A DNA stretch of 63,988 bases, the filler included, from Catajapyx aquilonaris (Eukaryota), in assembly GCA_000934665.2 (NCBI GenBank). It is 3 parts of 3 records of this genome, joined end to end, with 100 filler letters (N's around TTAATTAATTAA, not from the genome) between each part and the next. Parts side by side here need not be neighbours in the genome. Positions count along the whole stretch, not along the records: positions 21,472 to 42,845 come from JYFJ02006065.1; 2 more parts are not named here. One strand, given 5' to 3'. The notes below the pieces were generated by a model. That model had not been told where the DNA came from and searched no databases. It worked only from the letters and a program-made list of their open reading frames with translations. Position 1 is the first letter of the stretch, and every line of letters begins with the position of its first letter. The translations under genes and the position numbers were made by a program. Below, in pieces: positions 21,739 to 33,805 of the stretch.

Positions 21739-24700
21739 CTAAAAATTCCTGTGAGGTGATGACATCCCTTCATACCATGGAATCACAGTTATTTCAAAAC
21801 ATTTGACTTATTATGTGCCATAGAAAAGTTAGCCAGGAGGGTGAGCACAAAATGTGCTACATAACTGAATTCAAAACTCCTGAATTTTTTAAACCCACTA
21901 GGAGATGTACTTCTTGCACAGAAATCTGTAGTTAAATCAAGGTGTCATAAAGAAGCAGTGTTGCCAAATAACTGAGTAAAAAATCCCTTTGATTCACTGC
22001 AAATTTTTTTTAAATATCCTGATTCAGGAGAGTAACATTAAAACTCGGGACACACTTTGGAATGATGCAGCAAGGTCATGTCAAATTATTAAATTGTTTT
22101 TAAAATGTTGTTTTATACCTTCAAGTATGTACAATTTAATTATAGTATTGGAACGTGTCTAATGTTAATTATAAAATTTTAATTGCAAGAAAATATACGA
22201 TACTTTAAAATATGATCGGGACATGCCAGGAAGAGTGATTTTAGGCCCATAGACATTTATTTTTTTCCAGTAAAAGGTAATATATTAATATTTTTCTTTG
22301 TTTGCACAGGGATGGTTAGGTGTCAACTGCTTCAACATATGTTTAGAAAATCAACTCTCTCCTTCAAGCCATTTTTGAGTTATCATGCCAAGACATAGTA
22401 TTGGTAAGTTTTTGGAGAATCACCTGTATGTGCCATTTGCTCTCACATTTGATTTGCATAGTTCAATTTTAAAGTCCATTTTTTTTTGCTGATTCCTGCC
22501 CACATAATATCCTACCAATTTGGTCTTAGTAATGACTTTGTATTTTTGAGAAATTCACCAAATCAAGTGCACCCTGCCAGGTTACGTCCACCCAGCTTTG
22601 TCATTTGCAAGTGCCCCTTAAAAAAATCTGATGTCTTCCCCCAGAGCATTTGAAATTACTTTTAAAACTACACAACTCAAATTAGGCTTTCCCTACCAAT
22701 ATAGTTAGTTTTCTCCAGTTTCCTGGAGTGCAGCTGAATTGCCTCCAAATTAGGCATACAATAATTGGGTACAAAACAAAATCTAACAAATTTATTTTAC
22801 CCATGGGCCAGTAACAGCCACGGGGATCAAGTAAAATGTAAAAGTAAAGAGTATATAATTATATTCACTAACCTTCTATTTCATAATTGTTCTTGCCTTT
22901 GTTCATGTCATCATCAAGATCTGAATGGCCATTGGCCATTCCATGTCGATGTACTTCAGTCTCATCTTCTACGAGTTGCAAGCGTGGTTTGGCAGTGATG
23001 GATTTTGCAGCCTTAATTCGGGCATTCAGTTCTTTAGCCATTTTTGCGCGTTGAATTTGAACTTGGTTTGGGCTTTTCAGTCTGGAGCTTGCAAAAAGTT
23101 CATCTGCGTCTGAATCATCTCCTTCATGATCAGAATCAGAAACTTCATTCCCCTGAGATTGCTCTATGTACGATCTAGTCTGTTCATAAGACACGGCTTT
23201 TTCATCCACAGACCGAGGTAAGTTGTTACAATCTGAAAACAAGATTTATAAGTTTGTTACAGACACAAAATAAGTAATGTGACTATGTAATGCTATTTGT
23301 ATGCCTAAGGTGTGCCACCAAATACAGAAGGGTCCATAAAGGGACACTGCTTATTTAGTTGAAAGTATTAGGTTACAAGTAGCATTTGAAAGTAACTGCT
23401 ACTCTTCCTGCTTGAAGATGCTCTTTCCAATTTTGCAGCAAAAAAGCACACTGTATATGTCACATATTTGACCCCAGCACTGGCTTGGGCACATATTTCT
23501 GCTATAACACAAATTTGACCATCTACTGCAGTCATTACTGAAGTCTACGGGTGTTTTAATTTTGATGCCTGTTCTAATAATGCCATGGACTAATGGTCTA
23601 ATGATTATGCCACTGGCCAATCAAATGGGAGGTCAGGGTTCAAATCCCATCTCCCGACACCTTCCTTTCGTCGGGTCTCTTCCCACTTTTCTACTGTATC
23701 TGGGCAGAATTGCACTCCCTTCTCTGCCCATGACCAAGAGACATGGTCTGCAATTTCGGAGGGTCTGAAATGACTCGAAAACTACACAGGAGCACTCTCC
23801 CTTGGGAATCTTCCCCTCTCCCTATTTCAGTGCCTGTATGCCGATAGTTAATACACAACCATGTGATGTGATGTACCCCGAAGGTGTGGAAGCACTACCT
23901 GGATTGTAATGAAGCTATCTACCGCCTCATATGTTATACACGAGACGATGACGTCATCCTCTTGCAACAGCTACACGTTTTTAAAAAGCAGCTTCCACCC
24001 CTCAGAATAATCCAAGATAATTCTATATGATTGCTCACTTTCTCTTATGAATTATGAAAATATCAAGTGTCCATTTAAAAAATTTTAAAGGTCCAGTTTA
24101 AAAGGAGGTAACGGGACCCACCAGCTGCAAAAAAGGTGGCTCAGGTGGCAAGCGGCCACATCCCGCCAACTTGGAGCACTCGGCCCGGCTAATCAGGAGC
24201 GAGGACACTCTTTACTGCCGAAATGGCGGCAGGGAGTTTGCCTACCCATGACAGATCATTCTGATTTTTTCCCCAGTGAAAAGTCGCAGAATTTCGAGAA
24301 TTTTTAAAATTGTTTTCAGCTGCACGTCCACTTACCGGAAAATATGCTGCAGGGAGTTGTGTGTATTTAAATTCCTGCAGTAAGTGTTTGTTTACAATGA
24401 ATGAGACCTTTGGCCTGTGATGTCATGCCATTAAAAATATAACGCAAGTGGCGGAAATACTCTTGAACATATAAACTACACACATTTCCTAAGACTACTG
24501 TCAAAGAAATTTCCATATGGGTGATGCCAGTGAATTTTAAGAAAAATTATATATGGTCCTATGATCATATAACCAACATGGCCGCGGGAGACATAGGCTT
24601 AAAGTGCCAAATCACCCCATAACAGTGGTCAAAATATTTGGATGCAATTTGCACTCCAGTTGGTCCTACTGTTTTCATTCATTCATTCATTACATCATGG

Positions 24701-27700
24701 CATTCATCCCATGTTGGGGTAGCCAGCGAAGACCAGGGTCGTACACCTGGCCATCTCTGTTGACTAATACATTGAATCATCTGGTAACTGGTCAGGCCAC
24801 AAAATTAACTTGGCTAAACCCAGTAATTAAAAATTAAGACTTCGACCCCTGCCATAGTTACATCAAAATTATTATTATTTGCAAGAAAGATGAGGCCACA
24901 GAGGAGCAACACCCTTGCACATATCTCTCTGCCTCCATTGAAATCAGACTAAACACCCCCTCCCCTAATAAAAATTGCCTTTGGTGTACACCTTTACACA
25001 CACTTCCTTCAAACTTTTCCTGGGTACTTGCCATCATGTGTCCCAAGCCAGCATTCTGAAAAATGGGGTCAAAAAAACAGTCACTAAATACAGCTAAATA
25101 TGCAGAACTTCTGTTCCAGTGCTCCCTACTCCTTGGACCACATGGTGTAGATGTGCTTTTGTGCCACTTGCACGAAGTACAAATAATGTTCATAATGCTG
25201 TACTCACGCCTGGTAGGACTGTCCGAAGTGACAAAGTCAGCCAGCTTTCTTGGTGGATATCGGTGGCGTACTCGTCGACAGTGGTCCTCCAGCCTATCCT
25301 TGGTGTCAGGGGATGGATCGTTATCGCTATCAAAATCAACACATTCCTACGAAAATGAAAGCGAGTCATCAGCTTGTTAAGCTTGTTAAGTAATCCATTG
25401 ACTTTTTATGCTACTGCTAAAGTTACACTTAGAAGTCAAATCCTTCCAGTAGAAACCCACCCATATGCTCTTGGTGGAATTGAATTCAAGTCCACACCTT
25501 GGACAGGATGAATTTTATAGGAGTTGGTAAAATGAGCCAGTGAGCTGCCAACCACGTTTTGTGGGGAAGGCGGCAAACCGCTCTACTCCCTTATGTGCAG
25601 TGGAGGTGATCCTGATATTGATGGCTGGAAAAAGAGGTGACCTCGCCAGATCCCATTAGTTATCCCACACAGAGTGAAATTAATGCATACCTGGGCAAAC
25701 TAAATGTGAGACAGGGTATGGAAGTACAGTGAAAATCGAATTAGCACCGCATGCCAGGTGCATGTCAACGTACTCTGCATTTGTGAATGCCATCATGTTG
25801 CCTTCCACTGTCTCTGGCTCCCTCGGGATGTATTTTGTGTTGTGTGTGGTCAAATGCCCATTATTGATAACTTCTAGGCAAAACATCACGCTTGTAAGCC
25901 AGCTGGACCCACCATGTGCTTTTCACCACATAGCCTGCACCAGTTAAGTCTGGGTATGAGCCATTGCTATTCTGAGTACAGCACATCCTTCAATGTGGCT
26001 AGTACAATAAATTCTCTATTAGCATTAAATTACTCTTAACTATACGGGCTTCCTACCACCTCACCTGCCACCCTGTCCGTTGTCTGAGATGGGCAGGGGT
26101 GGGGGCTGGGACAGGTAGTTAATAGATTTATTTTGACAAGTTTTAATTTAGTTCATATGTGGGGTTAACTTGCGTCTCCCTTCATCGCTGACTACCCCTT
26201 ATAGGGAAATGTCGCGATGGTGGTGTTGTTGTTATACGGGCTTAAAGTGGATCATAGTCTTTTTTTTAAACAAGTTACTGTATCCTGGTGTCTGGTTATG
26301 TTTTTTATTTTTTATTTTTTTTTAATTTTACCCTATTGGGAGAATCTGTGCTCCATTAGGGGGGGTGGAATTGTACCACTTAGTTTTTCTGTAATTTTCT
26401 TCACACACCATGCAAGGGAGAAAGGGACATGGGGAAGGGAATAGGGATTTTTGGAGAGGGGACACAGGTGCAATGTCTCAAACTGGGTCATGTGCTGTCC
26501 CCCAGGAGGTTAGGTTGCCAGACACCTCCAAGGTGCGGGTCAGAGACCCTCTTGATGCAGGCAAAAGGGAGCTCCCAGGCGGGGATCGAACCTGGGACCT
26601 GTCACTCAGCAAGCCGAGACGTTACCATCTCGGCCACCGCACCTCCCCTCTGTCTGGTCATGTCTTCACCATGGGTTCAGGTTTAGGTTTATTAAGAAGA
26701 AGCCAAAGCAACTATTGCTGTCTGTCTATAAGAAGACGCAAAGGTGGGACAGATGGAGAGAGAAACGAAGAGGAAAAAGAAGATAGAAAAGACTGGTAAA
26801 GGGGAACCAAGAAGAGACTGCGAGGATTAGGTGGGTTTTTCCTCCCCACCTCCCCAGTCCATAAGTTCACCATGAAGATAAGTAGAGTAGCCAGGTGGGG
26901 ATTTTTTTTTGAACGTGGATGTGGGGTATTCCGGGTTCCTTTTGCGCCTGGCAACTCTACTTCAAAACCCCAGAAAACCCATGCAGTCTTTTCCTGGATG
27001 GCCTATACCTCTCTTAGTCTGTCTCCTATCCCAAAGACCTGTCCGACTTGGGTGGCCCTACCAGTAGACGAAGCTACCACCAGCGTAGCTCTTGGGGTCG
27101 CAACAGAAACGCAAACCCTACCACCATGATAAGGTGAAGATACCATCAGGGGGTCTTCACCATGGCATTGGTTGCACATTGCAATTACTTGTTGGTGACA
27201 ACAATGTCGAAGTAGACAATCTCGCCATTCCTGGGATGTTTTGAGCACTTGATCTGACCATTCCTTTCCCCAGTGCTCTGGAGCTAATTAAGAGTCAGAC
27301 TAATTTGGCCTTCCCAACTTCAATACATTGTCTTCCATTTAGTTTGACCACAGATACATTCATTTCAGTCTGTGAGGGATGAACTAATGTGATCTGGCAA
27401 GGTCACCTCTTTTTCCAGCCATCAATATTGGGATCACATCCTGACACTTAGAAAACCACTGCAGGTAAGGGAGTACAGTACTGGCCAATAATCGAGGCAA
27501 CGACTAGCGACATTTTCCCGAAGCGGCAGAAGAAGGAATCGAAGATAAGCATGCTACAAGCCGGGCGAGCAAGATTCCTTCTTCTGCCGCTTCGGGAAAA
27601 TGTCACTAGTTGTTGCCTCGATTATTGGCCAGTACTGTACAGGAGTTCCCTGCCTTCCCCACAGAAAAGCTGTTAGGTGGGTGGACACATTTGTCTCTGG

Positions 27701-28839
27701 GGCACAAAAATCTCCATGTCTTCTACATCGTCAATGGTTGTTCCCTCGACATTTCTCCCCCCTACATTTTCGAATTGTTTTGGCTCAAGGCATGTGCTGA
27801 TTGACGCTTGACCTACTAGTAAGTTTCCAGAATGTGCATAAGAAGACAAAATTTGTAATAATCTTTGATCACTTATTTGCACCCTTCCTCATCATTGAAA
27901 AAATAATAATAATTCAAAGTTTGTGACCCATTTTCACAAATCAAATGACAGGCAGGAAAAAGTGAGTTTCACTTTAGTCTAATGTTATTAGGAATAACTT
28001 CCAACAAACAATATCGTGCACAAAACACCGATTCTTGAACATTCCCTTTATGCGGCAAATCTTGAGTACATAGTTATGTATAAGCATAATTTTTTGTTCC
28101 ATTGGTTGATCATCACTAATCCATTTCAGGTCCCATGCCTACAGGATTTCTGAACCACAACACTTGTGCTGGATCCCTGATCGCCAATCCCCAGTGCCAG
28201 ACCAATTTGCGCTTGTATTATCTGTGAGGCTTTGGGGGAACCACACCATTATTGTACGTCTTGTGGTGCAGACAGGCATGGATAATATTGCATTTCCTAA
28301 TATGTTAGTTGTGAGAATAGTGACCACTTATTGTGGGTTTGTATCTGCACTATTACTGTCCATCTTGTGTACTGCCGGCCAAGGGCTGTCATTGTGTCTT
28401 TGCCATTATATATCTTTGTCTGGTGCCAGATCAGGGATCCAGCATGTGTTGTCAATCCAGAATACTGCTCCATGCCCAGTGCCAAAGCTGTCACCCTCAT
28501 TTACCTCCACACCAAGTCATGTGGAGAAAATTGTATTTCCCTTGACAACACCCTTCCCAGCTCTCTTTGTCCCCCAAAGTGGCCAACTCCACAACAAGGC
28601 GACCTCTAAGCTCTCCCTTTCCCACCCCCCAGTGATTGCAAAACATCCCACAAAAAGCGTGCAGCCATCCCCAACCCAAAATCTAACCGTGTCCTCCAAC
28701 TTACATCGAAGTAGTTCACATCACTATGCCTTCTAGTCGACCTCCTGGCAGCCACCTCAGCGAATCTTGAAGCTTTTTCGGGGCTGCTACGGGAGGGTCC
28801 GGTGCAGGCAGCATCGCTGTGACTCCGTGTGTTCACCAT
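21691..28839 (-). CDS. 5' part of an unidentified spliced gene (low-complexity acidic/basic N-terminus starting MVNTRS; possibly ATAD2/ATAD2B-like), 3' end lost in the gap
   Basis: Four phase-compatible exons with good splice sites: 28705-28839 (accATG, |GTAAGT, phase 0), 25208-25346 (ttcgtag|, |GTGAGT, 0-1), 22873-23232 (tttcag|, |GTTAGT, 1-1), 21691-21738 (tttag|, |GTAATT, 1-1); 682 nt with no stop. The family guess rests only on the MVNTR start and composition. Confidence 0.7.
22873..23232 (-). CDS. Exon 3 of MVNTRS gene (acidic DSDHEGDDSDADE segment)
   Basis: 360 nt open, canonical sites, phase 1-1. Confidence 0.75.
25208..25346 (-). CDS. Exon 2 of MVNTRS gene (ECVDFDSDNDPSPD...DSPTR)
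   Basis: Canonical splice sites, phase 0-1, open frame. Confidence 0.7.
26301..26650 (-). mobile_element. tRNA-derived SINE, full length
   Basis: Head GGGGAGGTGCGGTGGCCGAGATGG (A box), GGTTCGATCCC (B box); A-rich tail; 12-bp TSD tgtctggttatg/tgtctggtcatg. Confidence 0.85.
27476..27637. mobile_element. Tc1/mariner-type hairpin MITE (162 bp)
   Basis: TA|CAGTACTGGCCAATAATCGAGG...CCTCGATTATTGGCCAGTACTG|TA, about 65-bp near-perfect arms, TA TSD. Confidence 0.9.
28142..28467. mobile_element. Degenerate MITE
   Basis: Inverted ends sharing tgctggatccctgatc/gatcagggatccagca with CAG..CTG termini. Confidence 0.45.
28705..28839 (-). CDS. Exon 1 of MVNTRS gene
   Basis: accATGG start, GAT|GTAAGT donor, local CpG-rich patch. 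Confidence 0.7.
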
Positions 28840-30757
28840 GGTCCCACCTTAATCTTCCCAGCCAGCGCTACCCGTCCCTCAGCGATTTCCACCCCAACCC
28901 ACCTCCATTGTTCGGCCTTCGTCGACTGGGTAGTGGGTAGCGGAGACTGGAGAATTAACAGACAGGTAATCGGACAACAGGGGCCACCTCTAGTGTACCT
29001 TACTCACGCCACTGCAGTCAGCGCCACTAGGTGCGAAATGTCAAATATATAGGACTTTAAAATATGTTAAACTATATCGGATAATATTTAAAGTAATATA
29101 TGTAATAGTCGTATGATACTTTTGTTTAAAATGCTTGTTAGTTTTATTCAGGCACCTTACATATAGCGCGTAATCTAGCGGATATTTTGCCAAGTACTAG
29201 TTTGCATGTGAACTATTCAGGTGCTAGGTGGCGCATCTGACATTTCCTTAATCTATGGACTGAGAGTACAGAGCAGTCCACTCAACTGCCAGTGGCTGGA
29301 GAACAATGAGATGATCCGATCTTATTAGATGATAGTTTTTACAACTAATTATATTAAACCTGGTTAAATTATTAATTAATAATGAATAGAGGTAAGAATT
29401 TACATTTATTATCGCTTTTAAATATTAACATATTTAAGTCAACATGGATGTCACGAGGGTGCACGAGGGTTTGAAGCGGTTTGAAGCGTGTGGTTTGAAG
29501 ATTGCACGACTCGACGCGCGATGCTCCTACAGGCGGAAGAGGACGGGGTCAAGGCTGGTCAAAGGGAAGAAATTGATACTGGGTACTGACCGGAGCCGCA
29601 TATATGCAGGCTGGTCGAGGCTGGTAGTCAGCTGAGAGGGGCAGACAGTAATTAAGGTGGGGCAAACATGCTGCATTTTAATGTTATTTTGACTTCCAGC
29701 TCCTGCTTGGGCGCTGTGGACTCGCAGTAAACCTCAAATTGCATCTGTTCATTACTAGGGGAAGGGAGATTGAAATTCATAAAGTAGCTCCCCCCAGAAA
29801 ATGCCTGCACTGATTCAAGTTCGAAAAATGACAATAAAACTATGTTCTGTGAAAATGGTTTCATTTGTTACACCTTCTCCGCCATACAGTAGATAGTAAG
29901 ATAGGACGAAAATCATCCTAGATCAGGGTAATCTGGACCTGCTCCGCCCTAGTTGTGGGCATGGTGGACGTCTATAATTTCATTGTTCATTCATTTGGTA
30001 TCTGCATACTGATACACATAATATATTGTCAGACATATGTTGCTATTGTCATTTGCTATAATCTGCAGCCCTCCTGCTCATGCCCATGCCTAATGTGTCG
30101 TGAATATCAGACTTCCACGTGAGGTCCAGTATTTGAGGCCTGAGTCGGACTGATGCCACTTTAGCATGTGGAATCAGTTTCCAGAGGTTATCTCCACGTT
30201 AGTTTTTCCCTCTGGCCAAAAACCTTTCGTCCTCACCCATGCCCGACAGCCTATACAGTAGCTGCTTTGCCTTTCTCAATAAACTAAACCTAACCTGCTA
30301 ATATTCATTCAATATGCACACAGTAAGTGGGCTCTGTTGCACCTCAGGTGGATCGTCAGCATTGTACTTATGGGTTATGGCCAGTTGCATGAATAATGCA
30401 GTAAATCAAGAACAAATGGTTGTTCAAAGAACTTGCTCAAGGTTTACCATCATTTATGCAATCTGGTATATGCAAAGAACTTAACATTGAATCTATGCAT
30501 GCACTCACCTTGTCACTTTATTGTCATACACACAGGGGACAAGTTTTCCAGCAAGAATTATTCTGAATAAAAAGACAAACCTGCATCAGTGATTTATTTT
30601 CACTGAGTACAAGATTCATCGGGATGAATATCGTACTGCTGGGAGTGGACTCAGCTCCTAATTCTGGCCCGATGCTCAGTTGCACTGCTAAAATAGCCTC
30701 CTGGGCCTCGATGTTACCATGATTTAAATTCGAGTTCAATCTCCTCATCAGATAAAT

Positions 30758-31306
30758 ACTTGGGAAGTGCTGTCACATGTGCAAGCTATCATGACATTGC
30801 AGTAAAATATCTACAGAGTGAAGGGAAACTCGCGCTTAATCGCCAGGTAGACTGATAGTACTTGCAAAACTAATATAGGGACGTGCCATTAGTTTTGGGC
30901 GCCGGTGCGTAGTTAATGCGTATGGTGCCTTTAAAGTGTAGAGGGCCAGGTGGTAAAATATGAGGTAAAAACGACAAAGTGCATGGGTGTGGATTCTTAC
31001 GCTGACGGGATTTGATCGCCTATTGCACATGGACTATGCATTAGGGGACCAAGGCCGGATTATTCTGAGGCCCTCAAGCTAGCTTTTGCTTCTTTGAAAC
31101 TGGCGGCACGGATGTGACGTCATGAAACTTTAAAGGCGCAGTACACATTAACTACGCTATGGCACCCAAAACTAATTGCACATCCCTCTGTTAGTTTTGC
31201 GAGTACTATCAGTCTACCTAGTGATTGGGTGCGAGTTTCCCTTCACCCTGTAGATATTTTACTGCAATGTCATGATAGCTTGCACATGTGACAGCACTTC
31301 CCAAGT
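30758..31306. mobile_element. Long-arm palindromic (foldback/MITE) element
   Basis: About 180-bp inverted arms acttgggaagtgctgtcacatgtgcaagctatcatgacattgcag... / ...ctgcaatgtcatgatagcttgcacatgtgacagcacttcccaagt. Confidence 0.85.
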
Positions 31307-31736
31307 TGGTGGAGTGGATAAGGCATCCGACTGCTAATCGGGAGGTCCTGGGTTCGAGTCCCGGGGCGGGTGGTCCTGACCATGGTTTTCTGTGGTCTCC
31401 CACAGTCCTCCCAGGAAAATTCCGGGGTTGTTTCCATAAATAATAAGCCACAGCCACCCCCTTCCTTTTCTATCCTTGACCCATCAATGGGGAGGTGCAG
31501 TGTCAGTGGGGAATTTCTGACCCGCACCTAGGGGGTTGTCTTGCAACCTGACCCCCTGTGGGACTGCACACGACCCCCAACATAAAGACAACGTACTTGC
31601 ACCAGTGTCCCCTCCTCACGAAACCCTATCCTGATCCCTGCAGAAAAATACGAAAGATAATTCGTAAGAAGGGGGAAATGGTGGTATTCCACCCCCCTAA
31701 GGGAACCAAAAGGCTCCAGCATGGGGTATCAAATAA

Positions 31737-31802
<66 letters not shown>
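31307..31802 (+). mobile_element. Composite tRNA-derived SINE(s) with (AAT)n tail
   Basis: A box TGGTGGAGTGG, B box GGTTCGAGTCC; from 31489 the sequence matches the 26301-26650 SINE (ggggaggtgc.., ctgacccgcacct.., ccacccccctaa..ggggta); (AAT)n about 31735-31802. Confidence 0.85.
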
Positions 31803-31803
<1 letters not shown>

Positions 31804-33334
31804 CTCCTGCACATAAAGCTACCCCGCTTTTAACGCCTGTTTTTTCCTGTCCCTTGATCAGCCCCATAAGGCTCAATTTGGTAAATTTTCCAGCTTATAA
31901 TACTTTCCCGAATATATTGCTCGGTTTCCCTGGTCCCACATATCCCACATATAACGTCAAAAGGTGCATCGTGAGTACGCAGAGGGCTTGAAGTTGGGAA
32001 ATTGACAACAAGTGATGGATAACATGGCATTTTCTTCCATACACTTTGAATGTACGAGGCCTTTGTGGGATGGTGTGATGTGGGCCTTGTCACTACATGT
32101 TAAGCATGTTAACGTTGCAGAGAGGCAGCTTTTGTGAATTATGACCCTGGTTAGTCACTATTTTTTGGGTTCCTCAGAGGATATTTTTGGAGTCTATGTG
32201 GTACTATCGGTGCAAAAATGGTACGGACACTGGTCAGTACCATTTACGCGCCGATAGTACGTGGGCAGTCAGTTCAGATAAATGTGCTTTATAAACATCC
32301 TCATACATAGAAAGAGTGAGTGAAGGCATTCATTTCCTGAGAGAAAATGGGGAATTAAATCCCATTTCCTGCATATATAACAAATTCCCGCTTATAACCC
32401 TACTTTGAGTCAGTCCCTTGAAGAGCAATATATCGAGATTTTACTGTGTTTTGATTTGTACTTTTAGGTAATTTAGAGGCAGTTGTTTTGTCATATATTA
32501 TCACAATTACATAATTTGGTAAGGTAAAGTAAGGATAGTGCACTTTCATTGATTCTCTTTCAATCTCACCTTGACATCTTGCAGCAGCCCAAGGGACAGA
32601 TTCAAAATTTTGCTACCTGACTGCATACTGCAAACAGCCTCACTACTACAATAGTTGTTTTCTCTTCCTTCATCACAGACAGTTTTTCTTTTTATCCTTA
32701 GAAAAGTGACCACTGGCACTTATTAACAGGCTAGTGCTGATGATGCATAGCAATTGTGCACTAATTCTGCATATGAAAGTGTGAATGATAATAAGAAAAT
32801 AAGTGCACCAAAGAAACTCGGAGTCCAGTGGATGAGGCCCTCCCCTGCCTTCCAAAGCAACTTCAGAATATTATAACACACCACACAGCATTTCAGGTGT
32901 AAATAACCTTACCTTGGTATTCAACTACAGGTGGCAAGGCAGCTACATCACATTCTCTCACCCCCATGCCCCATCCTTTCCTTCCTCCCATTCCCCAAAA
33001 CCCAGGTCAGCTGGTTCAGCTTCCCCCTGGGAGCTCCTGTATTTGCACCCCCTACCCCTCCCCAAAAGACCCAGTTTCCACCCAGGGCCACATGACCAAA
33101 GTCTATAGTAGGTTACTATAGCCACTGGAGAAAGTTATTCCAGCCACAATCTTGTCAACAGTAGGGCGGCACTGGGCATTTGAGCCATTCCGAAATCTAA
33201 AAACGTGATTGACAGCAGCTATGATACGAGCTATTTGTAAAGAGATAAGGGAGCTTTTTTATAAACATGTATACTTCAGTATTCAATCTGTCAATGTAAA
33301 TCTTCAACATTCATGCAGCCAGATTTAGCATATA

Positions 33335-33770
33335 CAGGGTGTTCATGAAAAACACCGACAAACTTGATACCAGTGGCCAATGGTAATGTGAGGGTCATTT
33401 TATGGAGAGGAGTCATTATGTCTACACCACCTCATTACTGAGATAATTGACTCGTTGCTGATTAGCGATTTTTGCCTAATCGCTCCTTCTGACTTTTAAA
33501 TAGAATTTACAGGTGTAACTAGCCATAGAGGCCTTACCACCTGTGGGCAACAAACCAACACAGTCCCGCCCCCAGACCTTCCAGACCCTTGTGACTGGAA
33601 AAGGGTTCGTTGGGTGGCCTAACTGCCAGGATATTTTATACTACCTGTTTGAAGGCAATTTGCGCGGTAATGAGGTGGCCCAGGAATAATCACTCATCTA
33701 CATAATGTGATAGTCTGGTCCCTAGGTTGGGGGGGATATAGGTTTGTCGGTGTTTTTCATGAACACCCTG
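33335..33770. mobile_element. Tc1/mariner-type MITE (436 bp)
   Basis: Perfect 29-bp TIR CAGGGTGTTCATGAAAAACACCGACAAAC, TA on both flanks. Confidence 0.92.
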
Positions 33771-33805
33771 TATTAAGCTGCAATTTCCAGATACAACTAT
33801 GTAGT

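Larger units (their letters stand above)
29385..32766 (-). ncRNA. Putative spliced non-coding (or UTR) exon chain: 32570-32766, 30509-30562, and 29631 to about 29385
   Basis: Strong acceptors (tttcatatgcag|, ctttttattcag|, gcccctctcag|) and donors (AAG|GTGAGA, AAG|GTGAGT); AATAAA at 29410-29405; ATG-initiated ORFs across the junctions are only 21-31 aa. Confidence 0.4.

Noticed and set aside
28164..28736. 190-aa plus-strand ORF
   Set aside because: Non-ATG start, no domain, overlaps a degenerate MITE, antisense to the MVNTRS gene
30509..30562. mRpS17-like exon (IILAGKLVPCVYDNKVT)
   Set aside because: Only superficial resemblance; the frame stops at the start of the next exon and no further S17 sequence follows
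31307..31380. tRNA gene (GCT anticodon-like loop); likewise tRNA-like heads near 26650, 34081, 35771 and 53082
   Set aside because: No acceptor stem or Ser variable arm; followed by SINE bodies and tails, most with TSDs
31558..31833. Poly-Ile ORFs (and the poly-Tyr ORF 53365-53682)
   Set aside because: (AAT)n SINE tails
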